Shown one piece after another: positions 25,713 to 36,400 of a DNA stretch of 64,000 nt. Made by a program: the position numbers and the translations under genes. This DNA is from Trichodelitschia bisporula. Lineage: Eukaryota. Under the pieces are notes generated by a model. That model saw only the letters and a program-made list of their open reading frames with translations. It made no database searches and was not told the DNA's origin. Numbering within the stretch: the stretch's first letter is position 1; each line of letters opens with the position of its first letter. The DNA is taken from contig ML996694.1 in assembly GCA_010356995.1 (NCBI GenBank), forward strand, positions 433,224-497,223, written 5' to 3'.

Positions 25713-26435
25713 AGCGAATGTCACAATACCTGCCAACTTGGAGCTGAGGTACTCCAGATTTGCGAAGAGGCTGCTGTGTTTCGTAGTTGATGCGCGCGGG
25801 TCTTCAAGGCTGGATGCGCGCCGCTGCAGTCGCGTTCCCCCAGCGGGCCAAGCCCAATCCGCGGCGTTGGATTCGAGAGTTGTGGCCTCGAGGGCAAACA
25901 AAGGAGGTATGCACGATTCGGTTCTTGTCGACAAGGCGAAGTGGAAAAAGAGCAGGGTTTCGGGTTATCGCCAGGTGTTGAGTTTCTAGGTGGGGGGGAC
26001 GGGGTCTGGCGCGGGACGCGTCAAATGGCCATATGCGCGTCGCTCCGGCGCATAAGGTGCCGATGGAAAGGTTGGAAGCGCGGGAATGGTGAAGGTGTTG
26101 GAAAATAGGTTGAGATGCTCGGCGTAACTATAATTTACGGGCAGTTGTCGTTCACGTAACCTCTCCTGCCTCAGTACTGCAAGACGTTCCCCTTCGCTGT
26201 GGCGTGGTGGCGGTGCCATGGTCTGACATAAGCAGCTTTGACCAGTCTGCGCCACATCCTCCCGTTTCCCTCCCCACTAGCCACTGGTCTCGGCGGACTG
26301 AAGACCGTCCGCTTCCTTAACGCTTCCGTATCAACATCACCACCGCTAACCTTCCCTCCACCCCCCCCCCCCCCCAAAACCTTACATTGAGCTCCACCCT
26401 CCCTCGTAGCGTACGGCTGACGCCTGGTTCTCACC

Positions 26436-26923
26436 ATGGGTGTTCCTTTTGAGGCTCTCATCCCCTATGCGATAATGCTCGGCGTTCGTACACCTCGTCC
26501 TCCCCACCCCACACGGCCCAAGTCATAACTGACCACCTGGGCTTCAGATGTTCGGTGTAACGGGCGGTGCTCTCTCTAAGCTTCGCCACATGCAAAATGG
26601 AGGGAAGCGGGGCAGGCATTCTGTGGACCAATGGGATAGGGTATACTCTTTTACTACAAGCTGCTCGATGGCGTAGCTAACCAAGTCGCAGCAAAGTATT
26701 ACGTCTGACTTCCATATCGCATGTTTGCACTGATAAGTTGTAGTGATGGAGCGAGACAAGAGACTGACGGGCTTTCTTCGCGGGCAATCAGACCGGGCAG
26801 AGGCCCCGGATGGCTTCGAGCTGAACAATCCGTGGAAGGTATGCGCTCCGTTCGATAGATACACAGATTTCCACCTCCGTATAGGGCTAATTGAAATTTC
26901 AGGTCGAGAAGCGCTTCATGTAA
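26436..26923 (+). CDS. NDUFA1: NADH:ubiquinone oxidoreductase MWFE subunit (NDUFA1), 86 aa; exons 26436-26483, 26548-26640, 26692-26695, 26744-26838, 26903-26923
   Basis: Not in the ORF track as a whole. Spliced product MGVPFEALIPYAIMLGMFGVTGGALSKLRHMQNGGKRGRHSVDQWDRQMMERDKRLTGFLRGQSDRAEAPDGFELNNPWKVEKRFM has the fungal MWFE hallmarks PFEAL and D.WD..MM.RD.RLTG. Confidence 0.93.
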
Positions 26924-28047
26924 GCTTAGAATTGCCATATCAACGCTTGAAATCTCATCCTACTGCGGGTGCTGGGTCGATGTACAGAGTGCTACCTCCT
27001 TGAGCTTGCGCATCGCCTCAGTGGAACCCATCATGAAGCATTGAGTGGCTCTTCATCTCTTTTGTCTCCAAGTACTTTGGGAAGTGAAGCTTCAGGTGGG
27101 CGTTCCATCTAAAATGACTATCGACGGGCCTATGATAGCCTCTCATATGTTGGTCGGCGCACCATGCATCGCTTGTGCCTATTTTTGATGCTCATTGTCC
27201 ATGTCTTGTGCAAGATGCTCAACAGTTCTTCTGTGCAAAGTCGAGTTAATGTAGCCCATGTAGCTGTCCCAATGATTTCACTGTATGCTATAAGCATCCA
27301 TGATGAGGGATTGAAATTTAGGATTGCTCTTCCTCTTTCCTACGTAATGAATGTTTTCGTCTAGCGAACGACAAGTACTTCATGCCTGGCCAAATAGCGG
27401 CTACGGATGTACCTCGAGCCACATAGCCTTTTTTTTTCCGATGCTTAACTTATTGCTGAAAGACTTCAGCCAATACGTCCAGCTTCTACCGTATTCTTGT
27501 AGGTTGGTGGAGTTGGAGCAGTTGGTCAAAAATCATACTGTGGTACCATAGACCATCCCATGGCGTGGCCCAATCATCGTTGCACTCCAACCCGGCAGCG
27601 GCAACCCAATGGGGCGTGTGGGGATGCTCTTTGGGTTGTTAGCGCGTGCTCTACCACCTCTCTCCGCCTCTCATCACATCCAACACTGTACGGTACTCCT
27701 TCTCCTTATCCAACCCCGCCCCTTCCCCCCCGTTCACTAGACTTTTGGTGATAGTTGTCTTGTGGCACCATCGATATCACTGCATCCTTTGCTCTGTCGG
27801 CTTTTGAAGCTTCATTCCTGCACTTGTCGCTCGCTTTTTGGCCCGTGTCTCCTGGCATACATTCGTTCGCAACTTACCAACTAGTTTTACGGAACCCGCA
27901 CATTCCTTACTCATCCCCGCCTTGCGATTGCATCCAGGCCTCATAGCCACCTGAAACTTCTACTTCGTCATCATTTCTTCCGTCCCTCATCCAATGCGCC
28001 CGTCCTTCTAACCGCGCGGTCGTCATCACTCCGACCCCGACCCCGTC

Positions 28048-30769
28048 ATGGCGGCAATCGTCCCCCTCCGCTCCCCAGAGCGTCTCCGACAACGGCCACG
28101 AGCCTCGTTGCAGTTCCCGACGCCCGATATCCTCCTCGAGATCTCTTCCGAACCTGTAATGGTCAAACCGCGTGCACGCGCTCCCAGCGCAGTACCGCCC
28201 CCCGCAGCCGCTGACCCCGTCGCCCTGCACCTACTCGTCGAGACGGCGCTGCTTGACAGCCAGTCCTTCGAAATTCTTTCGTATGAAGAGCTGGAGGAGC
28301 TGAAGCGTACGGAGGAGCTGCTGGCTGCCCGCGTGGATGCAGTACGCCGGCGGCTGGCGCTCGAGACCAAGGTGCGAGATGCGGCGAAGTCGCTTGGCAG
28401 GCTGTATAGCATGACAAAGGAGACAGGAAGCATGTCGCCGAAGATGGTACGGAGGAGTTCGGGGATGAGCCGCGAAACGATGGAAAAGGCGGATGCGGAA
28501 CTGGCGGCTAGTACGAAGAAGTGCGATGAGCTGAGTCGCGAGCTGTATCATTTAGAGCAGCGGCTGAAGAATGCTCAAATGCGGCTGGTGCAACACACTG
28601 CAGGGATATTGCAGCTTTCACAGGCTCAGGCGCTCAAAGGGAGAGGATTTCTGCCGGATGGAAGGCCGGAGAGTCCCGCGAGCATGGACAAATTTGAGAT
28701 TGGTGCCGCTGTGGAGAATCCGGGATATGAGAGAAAACTGGAGCGACAGAAGGATAGTCTGGATGGTTTCATTGACGAGCTGAAAGGGGGCAAGTCGCCT
28801 TCTCCCCCTAAAGACGACAGCAAACAGCTCGAGGCCATGGCTGAGATTGGCAAGAAGCTGGACCTACTCACCTCACGCGTGCGCGAAGTGTTGGCGCAAA
28901 CGAATCCCGCAAAGGCCGCAGTTTACGACCCAGAAGCGGATCTTCGTGCAACTACTGCGGATGAAACTAAGGTCTCTCGTCAACTAGACCGTTTGGTTCT
29001 CGGTCTGGATGACATTGCTGCGGAAAGGGACCAAGTCCGGGAGCAGTATGACGGTCTCATGCGACAGCAAAATGCAGAGCTGGAGGAGAAAATGGTTCTG
29101 CTGGATGAGGAGCTGCAATCAGGCGAAGCTACGCGCGAAGAGCTTTCAAAGGTGAAGCAACAGAACGCCCAACTACAATCGGAACTTCAGACGAGCGTAC
29201 AGGAGAACCTGACGCTCCAGCGGGAGTACGACAAAATCGAAGACGAAGTCATCCAAGAACTGGAAGAACTCAATAATGAAATATTCGACGTAATCGTGTC
29301 GTACTCGCCGGACCAAAAACCAAATCTCGAGGAAGTTCCCGACCCGACAGATGGCCACGCGGCCCAGATCACCTATTTCCGTACCCGCTTTGACGACGTC
29401 AAAACGCTCCTTTCGAACCTCACCGATATGGCAGAACGGTCGCGTAGTGCCTCGCTTTCCAACGCCGACCGCTCCTCACAATATGAAGCAGTGCTCTCAG
29501 GCCTATGGGACATCATTCTTGCTGGTGAAGACGAAGTCCGCCGTCGCAAGGGCCTAGAGCGCGAGCAACTGGCTGCTCGACGCGCAGCCGGTGCAGAGAC
29601 CAACTCGGAAGACGATTTGTCGCCTGACGAAGACGATACATTGGGAACCGAATTCTCGCTTCCAGCCTTCTCGACAAAGATTCAATGGCTCGTCAGCCAA
29701 CTCACATACCTAAAGGAGAAGCAGAGCAAGCTCACCCGGCGTATCCGCCAGGAAAAGTCCAAGCAATCCGAGGCTGTCCAAGCCGCAACCGCAGCTGCAA
29801 CAGCCGCAGCTGCGGCGGCGATGGAGGCCAAAACCTCCGACGCTGTCTTCGCCAAAGAAGAACAAATCAAGCGCCTGGAAGACCAGCTCGAGACCGAAAT
29901 CGAAGAAGCTCGCCACGAAGCTAAAGTTGCCTACGCTGATGCCCAAGCCAAACTCGACGAAGCCGCCACGAAGGCCCAGACCCTGGAGTCCGACCTTGCG
30001 GCCGCGACCGCAGCAAAGGAAAGGGCGCTCGCGGACCTGGAGGCCCGCGATAAGGCAGTAAAAGCCATGGAGGAGGAACTCCACGCTTTGGAGGCGGATG
30101 TTATCCGGCTTACGACTGAGCTCACGATGGCAAAGGCGGAGGTTGATTCCGCGTATGGGAGCCGGAGTCAACGGGCGGCTGATGCGGCGCAAGCGGCGAA
30201 CTCGCAAGCCCAAGCAAGGCTTGATGAGCTCACGGCACGCAATGCAGAACTCACAGCTGCGCTAGCAGCTTTACAGGCGGATCGAGATGCAGCGGGTAAG
30301 GGAGCGGCGGGGGCGAGCAAGCGGGAGCAGGAGCTGAAGACGGAATTGGAAGGAGCGCTGGGGGAGCTGGAAGGCCTGACACGAGCGAGCGTCGAGGCGG
30401 AGAAAGAGAGAGAAGGGCTGGAAGGGGTGGTCGACGGGCTGAGAGATAAGATTGAGGAACTGGAGACTCAACTTTCTGATGAGCGGGTTAAGGCATTGGG
30501 GATGAAGAGTGGGCCTGCCGGAGCTACGACGCAGACGACGAGTACGATTTTGCTTAAGAATGAGTTTAAGAAGATGATGAGGGATACGAGGACGGAGCAC
30601 TTGAAGGCTTTGAGGGTGGGTTTTGGCTCTTTGATGTTTTTGGAACTTCTTACTGACTTTGATTTAGGCTGAGCAAGAGGAGCGCCGGAGACTGGAGGCA
30701 CTGGTTAGGACTCTGCGAAGGGAACAGGGTACAGGGAAGTCGGGGTTGAGCCAGAGTATGACCGCGTGA
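28048..30769 (+). CDS. Long coiled-coil protein with N-terminal Uds1 (up-regulated during septation)-like domain, ~889 aa; exons 28048-30615, 30668-30769
   Basis: LLVETALLDSQSFEILSYEELEELK...LETKVRDAAKSL...LVQHTAGILQ resembles the Uds1 domain; E/K/L/A heptad-rich remainder; terminal intron GTGGGT..TAG gives AEQEERRRLEAL. 5' end uncertain. Confidence 0.85.
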
Positions 30770-31139
30770 TGACATCCGGTATGAAATGGGACGAGTGCCA
30801 TGCTACTAGGCTGTCATGATGAGCTTGGCAAAGAGGAACGGTTGGATATGACGGGTTGAGAGTGGAAGGTCATGATGGGAAGGTATGGGGTGAGGGGCTT
30901 TTCTTCACCTAATCTTGCATGGTTGGCAGTGTCGTCTTGCAAAAGCTGTACATGGCCATGGTTTGAGCTGTTTGAGTAGCTGATGCGGAGCATTGCGGGT
31001 GTATTGGTGTTTGGAGACAGGCTTGTAGCATGAATAGCGTGGGTTTTATGTTGTTTTATAGACAGTCTCTCATGGTGGCGTGCTTGCGATGCATACAAAT
31101 ACAGATCTACATATCTTTATGTACACCAACTTCCTAGAA

Positions 31140-32318
31140 CTAAAACATGGAGCGTTTTGTTCTGCTGAAGGACATATTTGCACGCGCACTTACACCTAGC
31201 TTGTGCAGTACGTTCCGCTTCTCCCATACCGAGCTCCGCCCCTCAACCACAGCAATCATCTCCTCAGCAATGCGCTTCGCGAGCATACCCTTGCCGGAGC
31301 CGTGATTGCGCCTCTTCGCCGCCGCATCGATAATCCACCTGATCGCAGCCCGCCGACGCTGACGTAGGTTAAGCGGCTTAGGAACAGGCAGCGACACACC
31401 ACCACCAGCAGCGCCCCTCAACTGAACGATACGCATAAGGGGAGCGGCACTGTCAATGGCCAGAGTGAGGTAGAGCACGGGATTGAGGGGGAGGTGTGAG
31501 GGGGGTGGGTGGCCGGGGGCAAGAGGACGGTCTGCACGGAAAACCGGAGGGGGAGCAGTGCGGAGATGTGCGAGGATGAGGTTTACGTTCTGAGGGTGTT
31601 AGACACTGAGTTCGAGGTGAAGGGGTTGGATAGAGGAAGCACGGACCCGCTGGGCTGTGGCTTTCTTGCCGTGTCGCATCAGCAGCCCAACGACCTGTTG
31701 GACTACGGGATGGTAGCGGTAATGCAAGTTGGCATCCGGAGGGAGCGGGAGGGACGGCAGGCCGAATTTCACACCTGCCGCCTCCATCTCCTTTGCTGAA
31801 CTGGCGCCCATGGCGGACACGGCGTCAAGCACGGCAGACTCAAGGCCAGTATCCGACGAACCCGTAGTTTCCAGTTGCTCTCGCCGGAACGCCGAGGTCG
31901 AATATGAACGGGAACCAGTGGGCTTCGCAGCCTTCAATTCGTCCAGCATGACCTTTGGCAGGTGCTTCTGCGCTTCTATATCGTCCTTGACGACCTATTT
32001 CCGCCACATCAGCATTCAACGGCCGAATAACAGGTTTGGTAAGACACCCACATCCTGCACCGGCGTGCCCTGCTCAATATCCGGACCGCCGCGGCCTGTG
32101 GCTTTCGCTACGGCGGCTGCCTCCTCACTAATGCTGGGAAGGACATCTGTGCTGGAACCGTCGGCGGGCTTGGAGGCATTTGAATCGGCGAACTGGCGAA
32201 GCGGGGCGAAAGACTGGTCGACGGGGCTCGGTCGGCCAGAGTGCCAGCGGGGCAATTGGGTTCTGGGACGCAACGGCAAGGCAAAGGCGCACGATGGTGA
32301 TATGCGTAGACGAGCCAT
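31140..32318 (-). CDS. RSM7: Mitochondrial small-subunit ribosomal protein uS7m, ~354 aa; exons 32318-32052, 31994-31647, 31589-31140
   Basis: Arg-rich presequence; LLMRHGKKATAQR; AIDSAAPLMRI; PVPKPLNLRQRRRAAIRWII; LHKLGVSARAN, all uS7 motifs. Confidence 0.93.
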
Positions 32319-33483
32319 CTTTGTATAGAGTTGGTAGGCTATGGTTGTACTCTGCGGTAACTCGCGGCTGGGTAGTTTGCGGGACGTCGAAATCACCAAT
32401 TGCCAAGTCGCGACCCAGAATCTTAGGCTAAGGCATCAATGAGGCATAGAAGGCTTGGCGACCATCCCGCTCGAAGCTTGGTTGATACGTAGCTTAGTCA
32501 TCGGGTGCTGGGGCTCATCAATTTAGGCAGTTGCACACCAGTGGCCGCCAAGGCACTTGCACCGCCACCGACTGGATGCACTATGTAAGCAATTGGACGA
32601 CATCCAAACAAATGCCTTGAATGTGATGTACGGCATACGTAGGACGACCGCAACAGATGATGACTCAAAGGACTTGGGAGAAGGCAGCATCGGATGAGAC
32701 GGCCCGATAGCAAGCTTTCGAACTATTAAAGAGAGAGAGAGAGACGCAGTGTGGAAGGGAAGGGAGAGACAAGCCTGCAACTATTCTTCATTCCAAAAAA
32801 GCACTGCGACAAAGCAACAACTTCCGGACACAAAAAGCGTAGGGACAGATAGCCAAGAAAAAAGTAGCTGCCATTATTAGACGCTACTCGTACCGTACCT
32901 CTCTGCCTTTTGCTGCCTCATGAAAAGTGAAGAGACTCGAGTAGTGCTGTGACTTGCTCTTAAGACTTGCTTGAGAACTGCTTGAAGTTGTTAGTTGTTG
33001 CTGCTATTACCTCCGTATTCTGAGTGGTTGCTCCTCCCCTCAAAGCATCTGGCCTGTGCTTTCAAGTGGCTCCTGAACTGCTCTTGGCGGACGAAGTCAC
33101 GTGTGGTTGCTGGTGCCAGCAAACCGAACCGCGTCCAACCTCTCCACAACTACTCTTTCTCTTCTCCATCCAATTCACCTTCTTCTTCACCCCATCCCCC
33201 CCCCCCCCCCCGCTTTCCATTTCTCCCGGCCTCATTCACTGGCAAAAACTAGACTTACGCGTTCCTTTAAGTCGAGCTTCGCCCTTAAACTCCATTTCAC
33301 CGACTGCGCGTCCCAAATACGCGCTTCCAAGACACTCGTCAACTTTTCCTTTGGCGCCGTCGCGCGCGCGATTCGCAACCTCTTTATCTCAACCTTCACG
33401 CAACCTTATCAGCGCGCAAACCCTTTTCATTGACACACTCCACACCTACATCGCGTTAAAGAGCTATCTCGCTCGTCTCAACC

Positions 33484-36400
33484 ATGTCGACCTTCGGTGG
33501 TGGCGGGTTTGGCAGCGGGGGCTTCGGCTCCAACTCCACCAACACGACTGGCTTCGGTGGTTTCGGCGCGAATGCCAGCAACACCAACAACGCGACTGCA
33601 TCAGGTAAGGAATACAGTTCTGCTCTCGTGATTTCCGTTGTCCCGTCCTCGCTGTCATGCGCTTTTGGAGCGGTCGCGAATCTCAGTTAACCCCGCCTCC
33701 GTGCCTCAGGCTTTGGCTCGTCAAATACCGGCTTCGGATCCAACACGAACACTGGTGGCGGCTTGTTCGGCAGCTCAACGGGCGGTGGTGGATTTGGCTC
33801 TGGAGGTTCGTGGCCCCTGGCGGCGCTGTTTGGTTCTGGAAAATCAGCATGCGATTCTCGGAACGCCATATTGCGTTTATGTGGATCCTAACCTGTCGTG
33901 ACTGCAATTTTCCTCTTTCGAACCTGGCTAACGGATACTTTCTCTAGGTTTCGGCGCACCTGCTGCATCTGGCTCTGGCTTCGGCGGAAACAAAACCGGC
34001 TTTGGCACTGCGACCACCTCATCCGGCAGCGTCTTCGGCGGCGGAACTGCCACTGCTGGTAGCGGCTTCGGCGGCTTTGGGAGCGGCGGTACGACTTCAA
34101 CTTTCGGCGGTGGCGCGAACACCAGCAACACTTTCGGTGCTAAGCCTTCTTTCGGAGCTCCCGCTACGACTGGAGGCGTCTTCGGCAGCGGTGGTACAGC
34201 GAGTGGCTTCGGCAACACAACCACCACTGGCACTGGTTTTGGCGCGTCTGCCAATCCGACATTTGCGGCTTCTCAGCAAACCAATAATGGGACGGGATCT
34301 GTCCAGTTCCAGCCACATGTCGATAAGGATCCTGGCACGTCGACCGTCAGCAACCATTACCAGACCATCTCGACCATGCCCAACTATCAGGGCTTTTCCC
34401 TTGAAGAACTTCGCATTGCAGACTACGCCCAGGGCCGGAAGTTTGGCACTCAGACTGGGCAAGTGGGCGGTTTCGGAGCCTCCACTGGCTTCGGAGGCGG
34501 CTTCGGCAGCACTGCTGCTGCCAATCCTACTTCTGGATTTGGACCCACCCCTGCAGCAACCAACAACGTATTTGGTGGAGGCACTAATACTGGCAGCGGC
34601 TTCGGAACTCAGGCAACCACCAACCCTGGATTCGGAGCCAGCACGACAAGCAGCGTCTTTGGTGCGCCGAAGCCTGCCGGAACTAGCATCTTCGGAAGTG
34701 GTGCGACCACATCTACTCCGGCTACCAACAGTGTTTTCGGCAATGCTGGCACAGGTTTCGGTGGTACTACGAACACTACTGGTGGTTTCGGGCAATCAAA
34801 TACGGGCACCTCGAGCCTTTTCAACAATGCGCCCAAGCCTGCCACCGGTTTCGCAGGATTTGGCGGTGGTGCTACAAACACGGCCGGCGGCTTCGGATCA
34901 AACACAGCGACTGGATTTGGTCAGCCCGCCGCCTCGACGACCAATGGCCTCTTCGGCAATACTCCGGCCACGAGCGCGACTACCGGCTTCGGCAGTGCCC
35001 CTACCGCCACGAGCGGCGGGTTCGGTGGATTCGGACAGAACCCCCAGCAACAGCCGCAGCAGCAAACTGGCAGCAACGTGTTTGGCGGCTTCGGAGCTGC
35101 TAATCCGCAGCAGAAGCCTAGCATCTTCGGCACGGGCACCGCCGCGGGTGGTACGTCAGGTGTGTTCGGGAATGCGGGTCAACAGCAGCAGCCGCAGCAG
35201 CCTGCCGCATCAGGTCTGTTTAGTTCTACCAACACTCAGGCACAAGGTGGGCTGTTTGGCAACAAGCCCCAAGGCGCTGGTAGTCTTTTTCCAGCTGCTA
35301 ACACAGGTGCTTCAGGTGGTGTTTTCGGAAACACGCAGCAGCAGCCTGCTCAGGGTGGTAGCCTTTTTGGCCCCACTCAGCAGCAGCCAGGCGGCAACGG
35401 CCTGTTCGGTCCGAAGCCGACGCTAAATACCGGGTTCTCCATGTTCCCTAACCAGAACAACACTCAGCCGCAGCAGGGCTCCAGCATTTTCGGTGGTCAG
35501 CAGCAACAACCCCAAGCGAATTCGAGCTTTCTCGGGAACTCGCAGCAATCCCAGATGCAGCAGAACACTCTCACGGCCTCGATCATGGATAATGCTTATG
35601 GTAATCCCCAGTTGTTTGCGAGTCTTGGTTCGCCATCTCAGGCTACTGGCCCCATCGCTACTCCCTTGTCCGCTAGCCAGAAGAACAAAAAGCCCGCGAT
35701 TATCCCTCATTATCGCATCAATCCGGCCTCTTCGTCGCGTCTTATCACGCCACAGAAGCGTCCTCCGGGATACGGATTTTCTTACTCTACCTATGGAACG
35801 CCTGGCAGCGCGGTGAGCAATGCTAGCCCGATCGGATACAACAACAACCTCCTCGGCGGCAACATGCAGCGCTCTTTGAGCAAGAGTCTCTCCACCAGCA
35901 ATCTCCGCAACTCGTTCACTGCTGAAGACAGCGTGCTCCTTCCTGGCGCATTCTCTAACGCCACGAAAGTGAGCGGTACGGGGAGCTTGAAGCGCCTGAA
36001 CATCAATAAAAACATGCATGTTCGTCGCTCCCTCTTCGGCAATCCAGCCTACGAAGAGGCGAATGGTACTTCACTCCGCAAAAAGGTCAGCTTCGACACC
36101 ACCACCAACGGCAGCAACGAGACCGCTTCGTCCATCGATCAGAATGGCACTAGCAGTAGTGCCCTTGTGCGTACGGAGAGCCCTGTCCGTGAAATCGACA
36201 ATGAGCCCGCCTCCGGCTTGGCTACCATTTCCGAGACTCGTGCTACGAACGGCGATGTTAGGCCAGCGCTTCCCGACCGCGAGGCTCTTCTCACACACCG
36301 CGACCAAGAGCCGGGTGCGTACTGGATGAAGCCCAGCAAGCAGGCCATTGAAAACATGTCCCGTCAGGAGCGCTCCCATGTCCAGAACTTTACCGTTGGT

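Noticed and set aside
32657..32745. ATGATGA box C-like motif (possible C/D snoRNA) near a (GA)n run
   Set aside because: No box D (CTGA) or terminal stem at a suitable distance.
34002..35426. 474-aa + strand ORF and several minus-strand ORFs overlapping NUP98
   Set aside because: Alternative-frame artefacts of the stop-poor FG-repeat codons.
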